Positions 37,901-50,483 of a stretch of DNA of 64,000 bases are shown here, one piece after another. The stretch comes from Lama guanicoe. Its lineage: Eukaryota. The notes below the pieces were generated by a model. That model did not search any database, was not told where the DNA came from, and saw only the letters and a program-made list of their open reading frames with translations. The stretch spans positions 154,337 to 218,336 of the forward strand of contig MU056050.1 in the NCBI GenBank assembly GCA_013239625.1. The letters are read 5' to 3'. Made by a program: the position numbers and the translations under genes. Position 1 is the stretch's first letter. The number at the start of each line of letters is the position of its first letter.

Positions 37901-40900
37901 TGGCCCAGAGACATTTGAAATGCCATTTGGTGAAGTCTGGGTTTTTCCTTTTTTGTTTCAATTTTCTTAGAACCACTCGGAGAAGATTACAGTTTCAGAC
38001 CTCAAGTAATGGCTGCAATCAGTCAATCAACAAATATGTGCTGAGCATTTGCTACGTGCCCAGATTTTTGCCTAGGGTATGGCATTGGGGGTGGGATGAC
38101 TAAGGAAGTATCAGTTGGCGTCCCAGGTGGTCTGTCCAACCAGCTTAAGGCAGGAAGAGGTTCCAGCGTGGGCAACAGTCAGAGAGGCAGCAAGTAACCT
38201 CTATCTCTTGTTTCTGTTGGGAAGACAGTCTGTTTTGAGGAGGGGTGCAGCAGCTGGCCTCTCGTCCTGATGTCCCTCCCAGGCTATTTTTAGGCACAAC
38301 TTAGGACAGTGAGGTTGAGCAGCTGAAAGTGTACAGGGTGTTACAACAAAGCTGGCTTGGGCTGAAAACTTGCCATCATGGACACAAGTGTCTAAAACTA
38401 CTCCATCCTCCAGTGTTGAGCTCAGCTCTGCCCTGACAGGCCAGACAAAGTTAAGCGGGAAGCCAAGGCTTCAGGACAGAGCAGTGACATGAGCAGTCCT
38501 AGGGGAAGAGCCCAAATGTCTGAAGCTGAGAATAAGACTTGCACCTCTATGGAAAGAATATTGGGTCAAAATGGGTCATAGAAAGATATTTCCTGCAAAA
38601 GAACAGAGAGAAAGAAAATCTGCCTCTTGTAACAACAGGTATGTTTATGGGTAAGTGGACATCTGAAGCATCTCCAAATATTGAGTCATTTTCCATTTAT
38701 TTTTGGCTGGTGAGATGGGCCCCTGGAGATTTCCTTTTCCAAAAAGGGGACTATGTTTTGTCACTGTTTCAGGACGATCAGGATGAAGTGAACCAGAACT
38801 ACTTAGCAGATGAAGAGGAAGAAGCAGAAGAAGAGGCTCGGGTGATGGTAGTACCCAATTTGAAGGAGGAGGAGGAAGAAGAGGAGGAGAAAGAAAAGGA
38901 GGAAAAGGAGGAAGAGAGTCAGGGTCAGGAAACAAGCAATGCCTGGTGGCAAAAATTGCACATTGTGAACGAATACCTGTGGGATCCGGAGAAAAGGATG
39001 TCTCTGGCCCGAACAGGTCAGAGTTGGAGTAAGTCCCAGTTGTCCCAAAGCCTTAGTCAGGTGTCCTTTGCTTTTGGCCTGGTGTCCGGAATTCCTTTAC
39101 TATACGTTGGATGGGCTTGTCTGCAAACTTCTCTTAGCATTTCCTGTACCGGGATCAATGCCTGGGGAAGTAAGGAGCAGATACCATCAGAACACACTCC
39201 AAGTGGATGAACAAACTTGATTGTACAGCTGAAATCCTCTGGGCTCAATAGCACTTGCAGGGCAGAGAGACAGTGAGAATGAGATGGAAAGGTGCAGATT
39301 TTGTTTTAAGCCCCAGCCCTGTCACTTTCTACCTGTATAAGTCTGGGCTCATCATTAATCCTCTGTGAGCCCCAGTTTCCTCACCTGCGAGATGAGGGAA
39401 ACAGTATCTGACTTTCCTCCCTCACAAGATCAGCCTGAGGCTCCAAAAAGCTGTTAAAATTGTTAAGTCAAAAGTACTATGGAGAAGACTATTTCTAGGA
39501 CATGAGACTCAAGTCCCTACTAAAGTGACCAAGGGTTTATAAAGCCTCAACATTTCCCCTAGTAATGTCAGAGAAGGAGAGCCAGGTCTGCCCCTGGGCC
39601 CAGCTTGTGGGTGCTTTATGCTCCCATGGTGTCTACAGAGAAATGGGTCAAAGGGACCATTTCTAGTGAGTTAAGTCTGAGCCTCCTCCCCTATATTGCT
39701 TGATCAATAGCAGAACTGCAACCCTTAGCATCTCCCCTTTGTACCACACGCTGCCACCCTTTCTACTTCACAACTTCCCCAGCACTCCTCGCCCCGGGTC
39801 CTACTCACCTCTTGAACTATTAATGCTGATCCTCCTCAGGAGATTTAGCTTGTGGTAAAATTCATACTCGCCACACTCTCTGCACTTCTCAGAAAAAGAA
39901 CAGCTGCTGGTTTGGAACTCAGTGAACCCAGAGGAGAAGCGAAAAACAGATAACTCTATGGATGGAATAAGAGTCCTCCAGTGCCAAGGGTCTTGGGTGC
40001 TAAAGTTGATGGTCATGCCTTCTAAAGGCCTCCTGGCTGAGAATTCTCCCCTTTGTAGTTTCTGTTTCTAATTCAGCTCAGTCTGGGTGAAACAGCCCAC
40101 CCTGCTTCCTGGTATTAGGAATAGCAGGTGTGGGGCTCTGAACAACACCCACTTCCCTTCACCCCACTTCAGTTCCCAGCCCCACCCCTGCCCATCCCTC
40201 GAACTCTCAACTGGAACAAATGTACCATTCAAGGAACATTCTGACATTCTGGAAAGCTGCAGACAAATGCTGGACACTCATTGGGGTTCCAAAGGGGGCA
40301 CAGCTGTTTCTCCCTTGCCTAAAGAGGACTGGAAAAACAGGCCTTGTGAAATGCAAGTCTGATTCTGGAAGAGGGAGCCCTATGTTAACCTGTAAACAGC
40401 CAGCCAGTGGAACATCATCAGATGAGCTGATCCAAACTGTGCCTGTGTAGAACAGTCCATAGGCCAATAAGTGGGCATGAGGGAGGAAGGTTCAAGTGCC
40501 CAGGGAAGATACAGCAGTGGGGAGACTGTAGGCCACATTCAGGCCTCTGGGTAGCGGGTTTAAGGAGAGTCCAGGAACTCAGGCTTCTTCTGTGGGGCTA
40601 CCCTGGGCAAAGAGCAAATAGTGATGTTAACACCTAAGCCACCACATGGCTCGCTGCCCTCCTGCTTGAGAACTGGGTGCCACTTAAGCACTTACTAACC
40701 CTGTCCCAGCCTGGACATCACCATGACCAATATATTCACCCAGCCTATTATTATATTCTGGGCTTTCCCTTTGATAGCAGGGCCACCTCTATTCTTAGGA
40801 GCTATATGTTATTTTATTGGGTACTGACAAGAACCGTATGAGGTAGTAATATTATTATCCCCATTTTACAGATGCAGAAACTGAGGCTTAGAGAGGGTAA

Positions 40901-43900
40901 GTAACTTATCTAAAGTCACACAGTTAATAAGTGGCAGTACTGGGATTCAAACCCAGGTTGGACGAACACTGGAGTTCACTGTCTGGCCAGAACACCACAC
41001 TGTCTTCGTGAACTCCAGCAATGAGCAAGGCCCTAATGGACAGGGCCTCAGGGCCTGATGGCGTGTTTTAGTGGAAGGAGTGAAGAGTTGGGATCGTGGG
41101 TACCTAGTCTATTCAAGACACACTGGTCTATCCAAGCTTGGGTGGGGCATTCAGGAGAAAACCCTGGATTACCCAGAGGAGCAGCTCAAGTAGAAATTGA
41201 TCATTCAGAGCAGGAAGGGTTGGAGGGTCAATGGGTTCAGGTGGTTACAGTGCTTGGTTTTGCTGGGGGGTGCAGTGTAGCTGAGACAGCCCATCACAGG
41301 CTGCAGGGCACAGACTCCTGGGTAAAGCTGAGGGGACTCACTGCTAGTGCCACTCTCCCATCTACAGCTTCCTGCCACACAGCCTGGGCAAGAAGGAAGG
41401 TATCTCCAAGGCACATACGTGTATTCTACTGCTTTCCTTTCATCCCTGAAACTGAGCCTTCTGGTCCCCCACGATGGCTCCAGCTGTTGATCTGTTCCCA
41501 CGATGGGGACGGGGTTAGAGGAATGGAGGGGGCACAGGGCATAGCCCATTAGGACAGCTGGTGGGTAGCAGCCAAGTATCACAGGCACACAAAGTGCTGC
41601 TGCTGCTTCTCCAGGGATTCCAACCGAATCAACGCGTTCATGTTTCAGTTCTGCCTCAGTTCATCTTATAAAACCTAAAGGTTCACTTCCAGTGAGATTA
41701 TTAAGAATTCCTTTTCTCCTTTCTCCACTCCTTTTTGTTGTTGTTGTTGTTCATTTTATTTGGTTCACAGTTCAATTTAAAAATTAATATTTGGATTTGG
41801 TCTGGAGTACAGCAGTTATGTCATTTGTTCCAGTTTCTGGTTCATGATGCAGTTCAAATCTGTAGTTCTGACATCATGTCACTGCTGTGAGCAGAGCTAG
41901 ATATTATTTCCTGCGAGAGCTCCAAGAAGGACTTAAAAAGAGCTTCTCAGCGGCAATCTCTCACTCATTCACTCACTCTCCGCTGCCTAATCCTGGGGCA
42001 AACCTAGTACTAATCCAGCCCACAGAGGAGGAATTCACACAACTTTGCTTCTGGTCCTATAGCAATAATAGTATTCATAATAACAATGGTGAAGACTGCC
42101 ATTTATAGAGCACTTAGTATCTGCCAGGCTCTGTGCTGTGCTATTTATATGCATTATTCAATGTTAAGAAGTAAAGACTGTTATTATCCTCATTTTACAG
42201 ATGAGGAAATTGAGGCCCAGAGAGATAAATAGCAGGTCTAAGATTAAACAGGACAGGATGTAAGAAAAGGCTGAATTTCAAATATTGCTAGGGATATAGA
42301 TCAGAATATGAAGTAAGCACTAAATTTATCCCATTTTTACCGGCGGGGAATCGGGGGTGCCGAGAAGTTTTATAACTTGCCCAAGCTCACAGGTGGAGCT
42401 CACGGGCAGCAAGTGTCAGTAATTAAGTACAGTTCCTCCCTTCCCCATCCTGTGTTAGTGTTCTCTTTGAAAAGCAGAGCCACTTAAACTTTTGCCAAAG
42501 ATGAGTAAGATTTGAAATACATAGAGTGAAGCCTCACTTTGCCTTCATTAGAGGCAAGTCCAGTGGAAAGGAATCAAAAGTTTGAATTATAGGCTATGTG
42601 AAAAGAAATGCTGTTTTCATCACTTGCAAATATATATAATCACTGGAACCAAGCTGCTAGGACTCTTTAGGGCACATGCTTTAATGAATAGCGAAGAATG
42701 ATTTGTACTTAGGACATCAACAGTAGCCCAGAGGACTCCCAAGCAATTTGCCCTCTGCAGTACTTTAAACTCCACTCCCCTGTAATCTTGTTCATGGTCA
42801 TCATTTGCTCAGCAAGCCCTTCCATTGGAGATGCTGTAAAGTAAACTGCAATCAGACCCCTGACACAATTCTCACCAATTCCAAATTGGTGAAATATGAA
42901 TAAGCAAGGACATACTGAATCTGGGGGATTTAGAAAAAGCCATGTCACATGTATGGATTGGTTGTGCTTCAATGAGTTCAAATGTGGAGGCAGGGCTTGT
43001 TGGCCAGCACTGACCACTCTCATCTCTGATTGTTCTGCAGGCCTGATCTTAGTCATTTACTTCTTCTTCTATGCCTCCCTGGCTGCTGTGATCACCCTCT
43101 GCATGTACACGCTATTTCTAACCATCAGTCCTTACATGCCGACCTTCACCGAGAGGGTGAAGCCTCCTGGTGAGTGCCCAAATACCCTGTGCTGTCAGAA
43201 CTTGCTGGACAGAAACCTGCTTGCACAGCATGTTCAGGCTCAATTAACTTTGGCTCTTCCCGGTAATGATTTCGGGATTCAATTATTAAGAGTAAAAGTA
43301 AAATGGTACTTGGCAAATTATGGTCCTTTTCATTTTGATTGCCTGGGGGGAAATGGTTTCATGGGAATCGATACAAAAAAATTATCCCAAGAACGGGTTA
43401 ATATATCCAAGACCTGTTTTCATTGCCAGGAGTTATGATCAGACCCTTCGCCCATAGCCTTAACTTCAACTTCAACGTTTCTGAACCTGACACTTGGCAG
43501 CATTATGTGATTAGCCTAAATGGCTTTCTCCAGGGTAAGTTCCTCTGAACAGTGGGAATACGTTTGGAGAGGTGATGGGTGGGAATTCAAAGTTCAAAAT
43601 TCACTTGGCCCAAAAATCCCAGACTTACTAACACAGCCCATCTTAGTTTTTCCTTATCTTACATCCCCCTCAATGCATGCAGATACAATCAAAAACGGCT
43701 CTGCATTGTGATTTGTATGTTGCCTTGAAAAGCATATAAGCCAACTCTCCAGCAAAACATGTTCAATGGGGCAGAGAACTTGTTTTCTCCCCCCTAAACA
43801 GCCTACAGCACCTAGTTATGTCCTGGACACATCCCAGTGGCTCAATAATGATCAATTACAAAAGATAATTCTGGAGGGGGAGGTAGTGGTCAGAAAAAAA

Positions 43901-46900
43901 GAGTGTTCTCCAGAACTGGAAGATCCCTGCCTCCCGTCCTCTTTCAAGGTAAGAGAATTCATTTCCTGGAGGTGATCCATCTCAGGAAGAGAGCAAGGGT
44001 CTTTATCTAAATAGCAGTCCATAAGGGAGTTAGAAGGATAATCTCTGGATGGCAGTGACTCCAACATTTTGATGGCAAGTGTTTTCAAGATGCCTATCTC
44101 TATAGCATCATCAGATACATTTTTAAGGACAAATGAATGGCTTTTTGAGAAGCCTTACACCGGGTGAAAACTGAGGTAGCAGCTTGGTTAACATTAAACA
44201 CCAAGCACATGGGCTCTGGATTTATCTGGCTATCAAAGAGGAGCTCCAGTGGGTTTACACTGCTGCACCTATTATTTGTGCGGGGCGGAGTGGGGAGCAG
44301 TTAGACTCGTTTGGATTTCCTGGCTGAAGTGGGGTGATAGGGATGGCCAATAGAAAATGCACTGAATTAAGATGATTCGCTTATGTGATAGGAGGTGTTA
44401 TTTAAGTGCATAAATGTTGTCAAAGAACTTTAACCCTGCATAGCAGAGTCTATACATTTGCAAATGGGGGAACTGAGGCTCAGAACTGGGAAGAAGCCTG
44501 ATCAAAGTCTCCCAGCAGCAGAACCAGTGGTTAAACCCACGTCCCTGTTCTTAACACCCTTGCTACTCAAAGTGTGATCCAGGGACCAGAAGCATCAGCA
44601 TTACTTGGGAGTTTGTTAGAAAGGCAGAATCTCAGGCCTCACCCAGACTTGCTGAATCAGGATCTGCATTTTAGTAAGATCCACAGGTGATTTGTATGAC
44701 CTTTAAAGCTTGAGAAGTGCTGCTTTTCATAATTCTTTGTCACTTCCAAATGACCAGGAGTTAGAAAATCAGCTTTGTATCAGTAATGTTCAGTGTTATC
44801 TTGGGTAAGTCTGAGTGTCACACTCCTTACCTGTAAAATGAGGGGGGCTGGGTTCTTTCTGAGTCCATGTAGTTCCAGTTTGGACTCCCAAAAATGTTTT
44901 GGGCATCGTAGCCAGCACAATATCTTTTTTTCTTTCAAATGCTTGTGAGCTATCGCATATATATTGCCAGAATCTTTGCTGAGAAAATCCCTCCAAGAAG
45001 GTAGCAGATGCAGAAATATCAATTCTGACCTGATGACAGAGATGGGGAACATTAGGAAAAGCATTGAGTTTTTTAGTTCCTAAGTAGATAATATGCCCTG
45101 TTTAAAAAGAACACATCTCTGAAATAGACATCCCGGAGTATCAATTTCATTCCCATGAGGACAGGGATTTTGCAATAAGGGTCATGCCCATGTCACATTA
45201 TTTTTAACGGAACTACCTGAAGAGAAACAATGAGCACATGATTAGAGTTTGTATTTAGGAAGTTATTATTTGAGCATAGTTCTTGTTCTTAAAAAAGAGA
45301 CAGATGAAAACAAAACCTTCAATTGAATGTAGCTTTATCAAAGGAAAAATAAAAGCTTAGCCATAATTGTAATAGATTTAAAATTCCCAGTTGCTTCTAA
45401 TATCAAACCCAAGTCATAATGAGGATCCAGCAGCACATTTGGAGTTCTACCTCTGGTGGATCATAGGTGTACAATCTCCTCTGAAAAACTGGGCTTCTTG
45501 GAACATGAATGTATGGGGGCTAGATCTAACAGTACTAACTGGATTTTATCATTTAGAACCAAATTGGAAATAAGACAGTAATTTCTAAAGCCCAGTTCTA
45601 GGGCATCTATTAGCCCAAGGAGTCAGGTCACAGGTAGCCCTCTCTCCCTGATATGTTACCTTGGACATATGTTACATTCCCCTCAATGTAAAGGGACATT
45701 AACTCTGAGTGCCTCAGGTCTCAGGAGACAAGATCTCACCCCTTTGCCCTCTCAGTGGAGACCCTGTGGTTGTCATTTTCTATTTTTCAACCTAAGCTTC
45801 TATTTTGCAATGCTAGCTTCCCTCTGTAAAGAATGAGGAGCTGGTTTATCTCCTCTTCTTCTCCCTTCCTCCTGTCCTACAACACACAATTCTCACTCTT
45901 GCTCTGGGGGCCTTTCATGACCTGAAAGGGAGATGTCTCCTAGGCTGAACTTAAAGAGATCTAACCCAGAAGCTTTGCCTCCTTATTATATGTGCCACAC
46001 CTTGATATGACTCAGTCCCTTTTCCAAAATCTGTCTACTATGTGCCTATTCCTCTCCCAGAAGTAGAAGAGGCAGTTCCCCAAGTTCACAATTAACCATA
46101 TCAGAAAAGAAATGGTGGAAAAATAGAAAAAAGTTATAAAGCGGCCAACATACAATCCAGAGATGGATATCAAACAACTTCCAAGGGAATGAGATGCAAG
46201 GGGACAGCTGATCCAAGTAGGCTGAGGGGACCAGCCCAGAAGGCTTCTTGGAGGGATGTTGCTGGTGAAGGGCCTTGGGCATCACAGGGCCTAGGACAAA
46301 GTGAGTGGGCTTTCAGAGGAGCACAAGCATGCTGGACAAAGGAAACTAGAAGGAGAGTGATGGAAAACATGGCCTTCCCCCGTAGCACCTGTCTAACATG
46401 ACCCTTTGCCACTCACACATGCTTTAGGTTATAATGACAGTCTTCAAGAGGAAATGAATGTAGATTGTCCTCCGGGCCAGTACTTCATCCAAGATGGTGA
46501 TGAGGATGAGGACAAGAAAGCCTGCCAATTTAAGCGCTCCTTCCTGAAGAACTGCTCTGGCCTGGAGGACCCTACTTTTGGCTACTCTACTGGACAGCCC
46601 TGCATCCTTCTAAAGATGAACCGGGTATATTGGCCCTTGATGCTCTGGCGATAAGTGGATGAGCTGGGTAGGAGGGCTCTGGCCACTCCATTTCTCTTGG
46701 GCTCTGTCTTCAGACACTGTAAGTTTGGCCATTTTTACCAACAGCGTCAGTAACACAAACAACTGGACAAACCTACCAAGCAATAATTCTCCCTGAACAC
46801 TTCCTATTTGATTCTTCTCCCACATCCCTAAACCTGCCCTTTGATGCTTCTGTCGGGAATGAGATCCTGAACTGACATGAGGGTGGGGTGGGAGACAATT

Positions 46901-49900
46901 CTTATATCACAGATGCATTTTCCTTCTCTCCTGCCATGCCTTAGGTGGGGCAGAGCCTTACCAGGCACACTCCTCTTGAAACCAGTAAGTTCTTCAGGGT
47001 GATCTTGCTGAAGTTGCCATTGTATGAATATCAGGCACAAATACAACAAGGAGTAAGCTGAGCTGCGCAGCTCTGAAGATATTTTGCGTTTTCTGCTTTT
47101 TGTAACATTTCTGAGAAGGCAAAATAGATCAAGCCTATGCCTAAGGGATGACTCAAGGGGGGTTTAGAAAAGCCCCATTTTTACTGTCAAATCTGGTTTT
47201 TTATTTTTAAAAAACACACTGATTTTCTTTTGCTAGATTGTTGGCTTTCGTCCTGAGCTTGGAGACCCTGTGAAGGTTTCTTGCAAAGTTCAGGTAAGGT
47301 GCCTTTCTGAGTAAGCACTTTCAGCACATCTGTTTCATGCAAAAAGGTGAGTCATCCCTTCCAAGGGCTTTACCATGGACGACTGAATAAGGGTTAAGGA
47401 AGGAGTTATTCTTTTCATAACTATACCTCCCTTTGCACTTTCAGGCCTCCCTATTTCCAGAAAGCATTCAATTCATGTGTATTTGTGTAGGGGGTGTGTG
47501 TGTGTGTGTGTGCTGATTTATACCTGTGAAACCCAAAGACCCAACCTCAGCTGAGGGCCACAGCAGGGAACAACTACGTGCCAAGTCATTAACTGGGATT
47601 CTGTTTACACTTTTGCTTTTAGCTCTAATTACTTGTTTCTTTAAACTAAACAAGCAGCTTTCATTAGAATCATTAGTCCCTGCTTTTAAAACTGAATTTC
47701 ACTTTTTGCAGCAATGACCAGTGGCACTGGGTGTTGCAATAACAAATGACTACAAGGGAAGTATAAACAGAACTCCATTAATATGCTAATTAACTGTCCT
47801 TCAAGGGACCATTAACTCCTATCTCATCTGTGCCAATTAGCTCCTTTGTAGGAAAAAGCCCTAGATCTTAGGTTTGCTTCTTAAACCGGCAGTAGCTCCC
47901 TCCTGTTTGATAACATCAACTACACCCTGAGCCCTGGACAGTTGCCTTGCGAATGTGTGAAGCCAGGTAATTCCATTCTCAGTACTAGAAATAAAGCTCA
48001 AAACTCCAGTCTTGATGGTGGCAGATCAGAAAGCAGCAGAAGGCAGCATTTATTCAGCCAAGTGTTCACATTCAGCAAGCATGTATTGATCACTTATTAT
48101 GTACCAGGTGCTTTGCTAGGTGTTGGGGCTGCCAAGAGAACTATGAATCTGTCTCTGAAATCAGGGCAGTCAAGTGATACAGGCGCTATGAAAGGTGTAG
48201 TGAGGACATTAAAGATGGAAAGGTTAGTTCCACATGGGAGGTGGTGACACTGAACATGAGTTCTGAAAGGTCAGCCAGTGCCTGCCAGGTGCCCAAGGTA
48301 GGAAGGACATTCATTCTGTTCACATGTACATGAGCGTGTATATAAATACACACACACGTGATGTGTGACTACAAACTAGTGGAATTGACTCCACAGACCA
48401 TTCACAAAAAAATGAATTTCAATGCTTTTTAGAAGAATATATAAATAAACCCTAAAGACGAACTCAGTCTCAAACTAGCATATTAATTGCATAGAGTCCT
48501 GCTTATAGTTTCCTAGTGAAAGCCATTCATTTTTCAGCTTATATTGAACCTTGCTGAGAACCGTCCTTTTTTAAAAAGAAAAAAGAAATATTAAGAGTCA
48601 TCATACGTCCTACATAAATCAATACTGGTCAAATCCACACCCACTGGTGGAAATCAAGTAGGATAAGGTAATTATTAGACTAAATTAAGGAGAGCTCAGT
48701 TTATACTAAGAGCAATTACACTATGTTGACAGAAGGAATCACATGACCCTAGTGAGTGATGCGCTAGCGGCACACTGTTTGTCCCTTACTAGCCCCCAGA
48801 CCTCTGCTTTTTAGGGCAAGTCGATTGCAGGAGCAGAACGTGCAGTCTGCTCCCTGACATGATGGGATGAGGGGAGACTTGGCTATGTAAGCATTTCCAG
48901 TACTGGGCCTCTCTAGCTCATCCTCCTGCCTCCACCTGCTGTAATGAAGCACCTCAGAGAATACAGAGACATGCGTTTAAGCGAGCCAGATATAGACTGT
49001 GTCCCTCTGTACCTGGTCTGACCTCCAAAAGAACTGAGACCTCAGTGTGCACGTTGTCACGGAGGGGGATTTACTAACCCCATAAATTCTAATTTACACC
49101 TGCCTCGGCGCCAATGTCCCAGACTGGGTGCCAGGCCCAGTATGATGCTAGCACAGTAGGTCCTTTTGCCAGAGCAACACCATGTACTGCAAGCCCCTTG
49201 GAGCCCTTCTGTCTGGGTCCCCTCGGAGCCAGCACAGAGCCATACTGAGAACCTTCAGCCTCCGGAGGCTGGGCCTTCTATTCAGTACTCTTTGAACTGA
49301 AAAGCCAAGGTACTGTCTCTTCCTGGAATCATTCCTCTGGGGATAGGTCTGGGCTGAGCCGTGCCCCATTCTGCTTTCGTCGTCTTCCTGAGATGGTTGT
49401 AGAACACACAGTGATTTCACCTGGGACACAGGTCCCTTTAGCTCAGGTTCCATCTCACTGAGTGACCCCCCCCACATGACATGTACCTACTTTTACTTAC
49501 AGAGAGGTGATGAAAATGACATCCGATCCATCAATTACTACCCAGAGTCGGCTTCTTTTGACCTCCGCTACTACCCTTACTACGGCAAACTGACTCATGT
49601 AAGTCTGTATTCCCTTCAGTCTCTGCTGTCAGAAAGGGCTCAGAGACAAAGCGCTGGCTGGGATCTGTAAGAATTAGGGAGCAGCAGGTAGTAGCAAAGG
49701 GGTAAATAGTCGCTGGCCAAGACTGAGTTCACTCTACCAATTCCTATCCCAACCACTCCTTTCCAAATCTGAAGGCATCTCAGATATGGTCTGGCCTAAC
49801 ACCTTCAGTTCACAGATGGAGAAATTAGGGTTCAGAGAGAAGTGACTCGCCCAAGGTCATATAGCTAATTAGTGGCAGAGTCAGGAGCAGACAAATCACT

Positions 49901-50483
49901 TGCCATTGCACTCAATTACACCCAAATAATCACACTTTCTTATTGCTCCCACTTGGAGCCTTGGGGCAGCGAAGGCTTCATCTCCATCTTAGAGACTTGA
50001 TAAATACTAGTTCTGGTTTGATTCATTGGCTGCTATCCAGAAAACCACATCACACTGAGCTAGAAATAGTTTTCCCCAGAGGACAATCAGACAACTGACA
50101 CTGACTTATGAGAGAAATATGTCATTTCCCCACTGTCCCAGGGCAGAGAGAACATGTCTGTTGCTTTAGCCATTTCTGACTTGACATCGTGGGATTTACT
50201 CAGTTCCCATTGTGGACGTTATTCCATCCTGCACTGAATATCTGATCACTTCCATCCTATTGCCCTCCCCCACATACCCTCCCCTCCTCACACTTAGAAT
50301 TTATTGTTCTTCCACCTACAGGTTAACTACACCTCCCCGCTGGTGGCGATGCACTTTACAGATGTGGTAAAGAACCAAGCAGTGCCTGTGCAGTGCCAAC
50401 TGAAGGGCAAAGGCATCATAAATGATGTCATCAATGATCGTTTTGTGGGTAGGGTAATCTTTACTCTGAACATAGAAACCTAA
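34925..50483 (+). CDS. ATP1B4: ATP1B4 (X,K-ATPase beta-m, BetaM), spliced CDS join(34925..34987,38773..39028,43041..43169,43430..43534,46428..46624,47237..47293,49503..49598,50322..50483), 354 aa
   Basis: Hand-spliced exons sum to 1065 nt in one frame from MRRQLRSRRAP to FTLNIET*, with all introns GT..AG. The protein has a Glu-rich N-terminus, one TM helix, six ectodomain Cys and the YYPYYGK motif of Na,K/H,K-ATPase beta subunits. It closely matches human ATP1B4 as I recall it. Confidence 0.98.
38112..38325. promoter_or_regulatory. Candidate muscle enhancer in intron 1 (MEF2 site plus E-boxes)
   Basis: CTATTTTTAG 38284-38293; CAGCTG at 38251 and 38320; CAGTTG at 38112; CAGGTG at 38124. Confidence 0.5.
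38773..39028 (+). CDS. ATP1B4: ATP1B4 exon 2 (acidic Glu-rich nucleoplasmic region, DDQDEV...ARTGQSW)
   Basis: Acceptor TTTCAG, donor GTAAGT at 39029, alternative donor GTCAGA at 39017; lies within ORF 38539..39210. Confidence 0.96.
40810..41000 (-). mobile_element. MIR in intron 2 (further MIRs near 39270-39470, 42080-42400 and 49790-49890)
   Basis: MIR core ATTATTATCCCCATTTTACAGATGCAGAAACTGAGGCTTAGAGAGG. Confidence 0.85.
43041..43169 (+). CDS. ATP1B4: ATP1B4 exon 3 (transmembrane helix LILVIYFFFYASLAAVITLCMYTLFL)
   Basis: Acceptor CTGCAG, donor GTGAGT, 129 nt, phase 1-1. Confidence 0.97.
43430..43534 (+). CDS. ATP1B4: ATP1B4 exon 4 (VMIRPFAHSLNFNFNVSEPDTWQHYVISLNGFLQ)
   Basis: Acceptor TGCCAG, donor GTAAGT, 105 nt; not in the ORF track, translated by hand. 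Confidence 0.96.
44555..44725. mobile_element. MER5A1-like MITE in intron 4
   Basis: GCTACTCAAAGTGTGATCC...GCAGAATCTCAGGCCTCACCCAGAC...TTGAGAAGTGCTG. Confidence 0.8.
46428..46624 (+). CDS. ATP1B4: ATP1B4 exon 5 (YNDSLQEE...QPCILLKMNR)
   Basis: Acceptor CTTTAG, donor GTATAT; four conserved Cys and the beta-subunit FGY..GQPC.LLKMNR motif. Confidence 0.97.
47237..47293 (+). CDS. ATP1B4: ATP1B4 exon 6 (IVGFRPELGDPVKVSCKVQ)
   Basis: Acceptor TTTTGCTAG, donor GTAAGG, 57 nt. Confidence 0.95.
49503..49598 (+). CDS. ATP1B4: ATP1B4 exon 7 (RGDENDIRSINYYPESASFDLRYYPYYGKLTH)
   Basis: Acceptor TTACAG, donor GTAAGT; YYPYYGK motif. Confidence 0.97.
50322..50483 (+). CDS. ATP1B4: ATP1B4 exon 8 coding part (VNYTSPLVAMHF...GRVIFTLNIET*)
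   Basis: Acceptor CTACAG, TAA at 50481-50483. Confidence 0.96.
   Translation, partial: VNYTSPLVAMHFTDVVKNQAVPVQCQLKGKGIINDVINDRFVGRVIFTLNIET

Noticed and set aside
38539..39210. 223-aa ORF as a standalone gene
   Set aside because: It is ATP1B4 exon 2 plus open intronic flanks and begins at a non-ATG codon.
41058..41588. Overlapping 164-aa and 127-aa ORFs in intron 2
   Set aside because: No recognisable domain or splice support; consistent with chance ORFs in moderately GC-rich sequence.
42896..43438. 180-aa ORF reading through intron 3 (possible intron-retention isoform)
   Set aside because: Explained by exon 3 plus a chance open frame. Retaining the 260-nt intron frameshifts to a stop in exon 4, a likely NMD target, and nothing supports a function.
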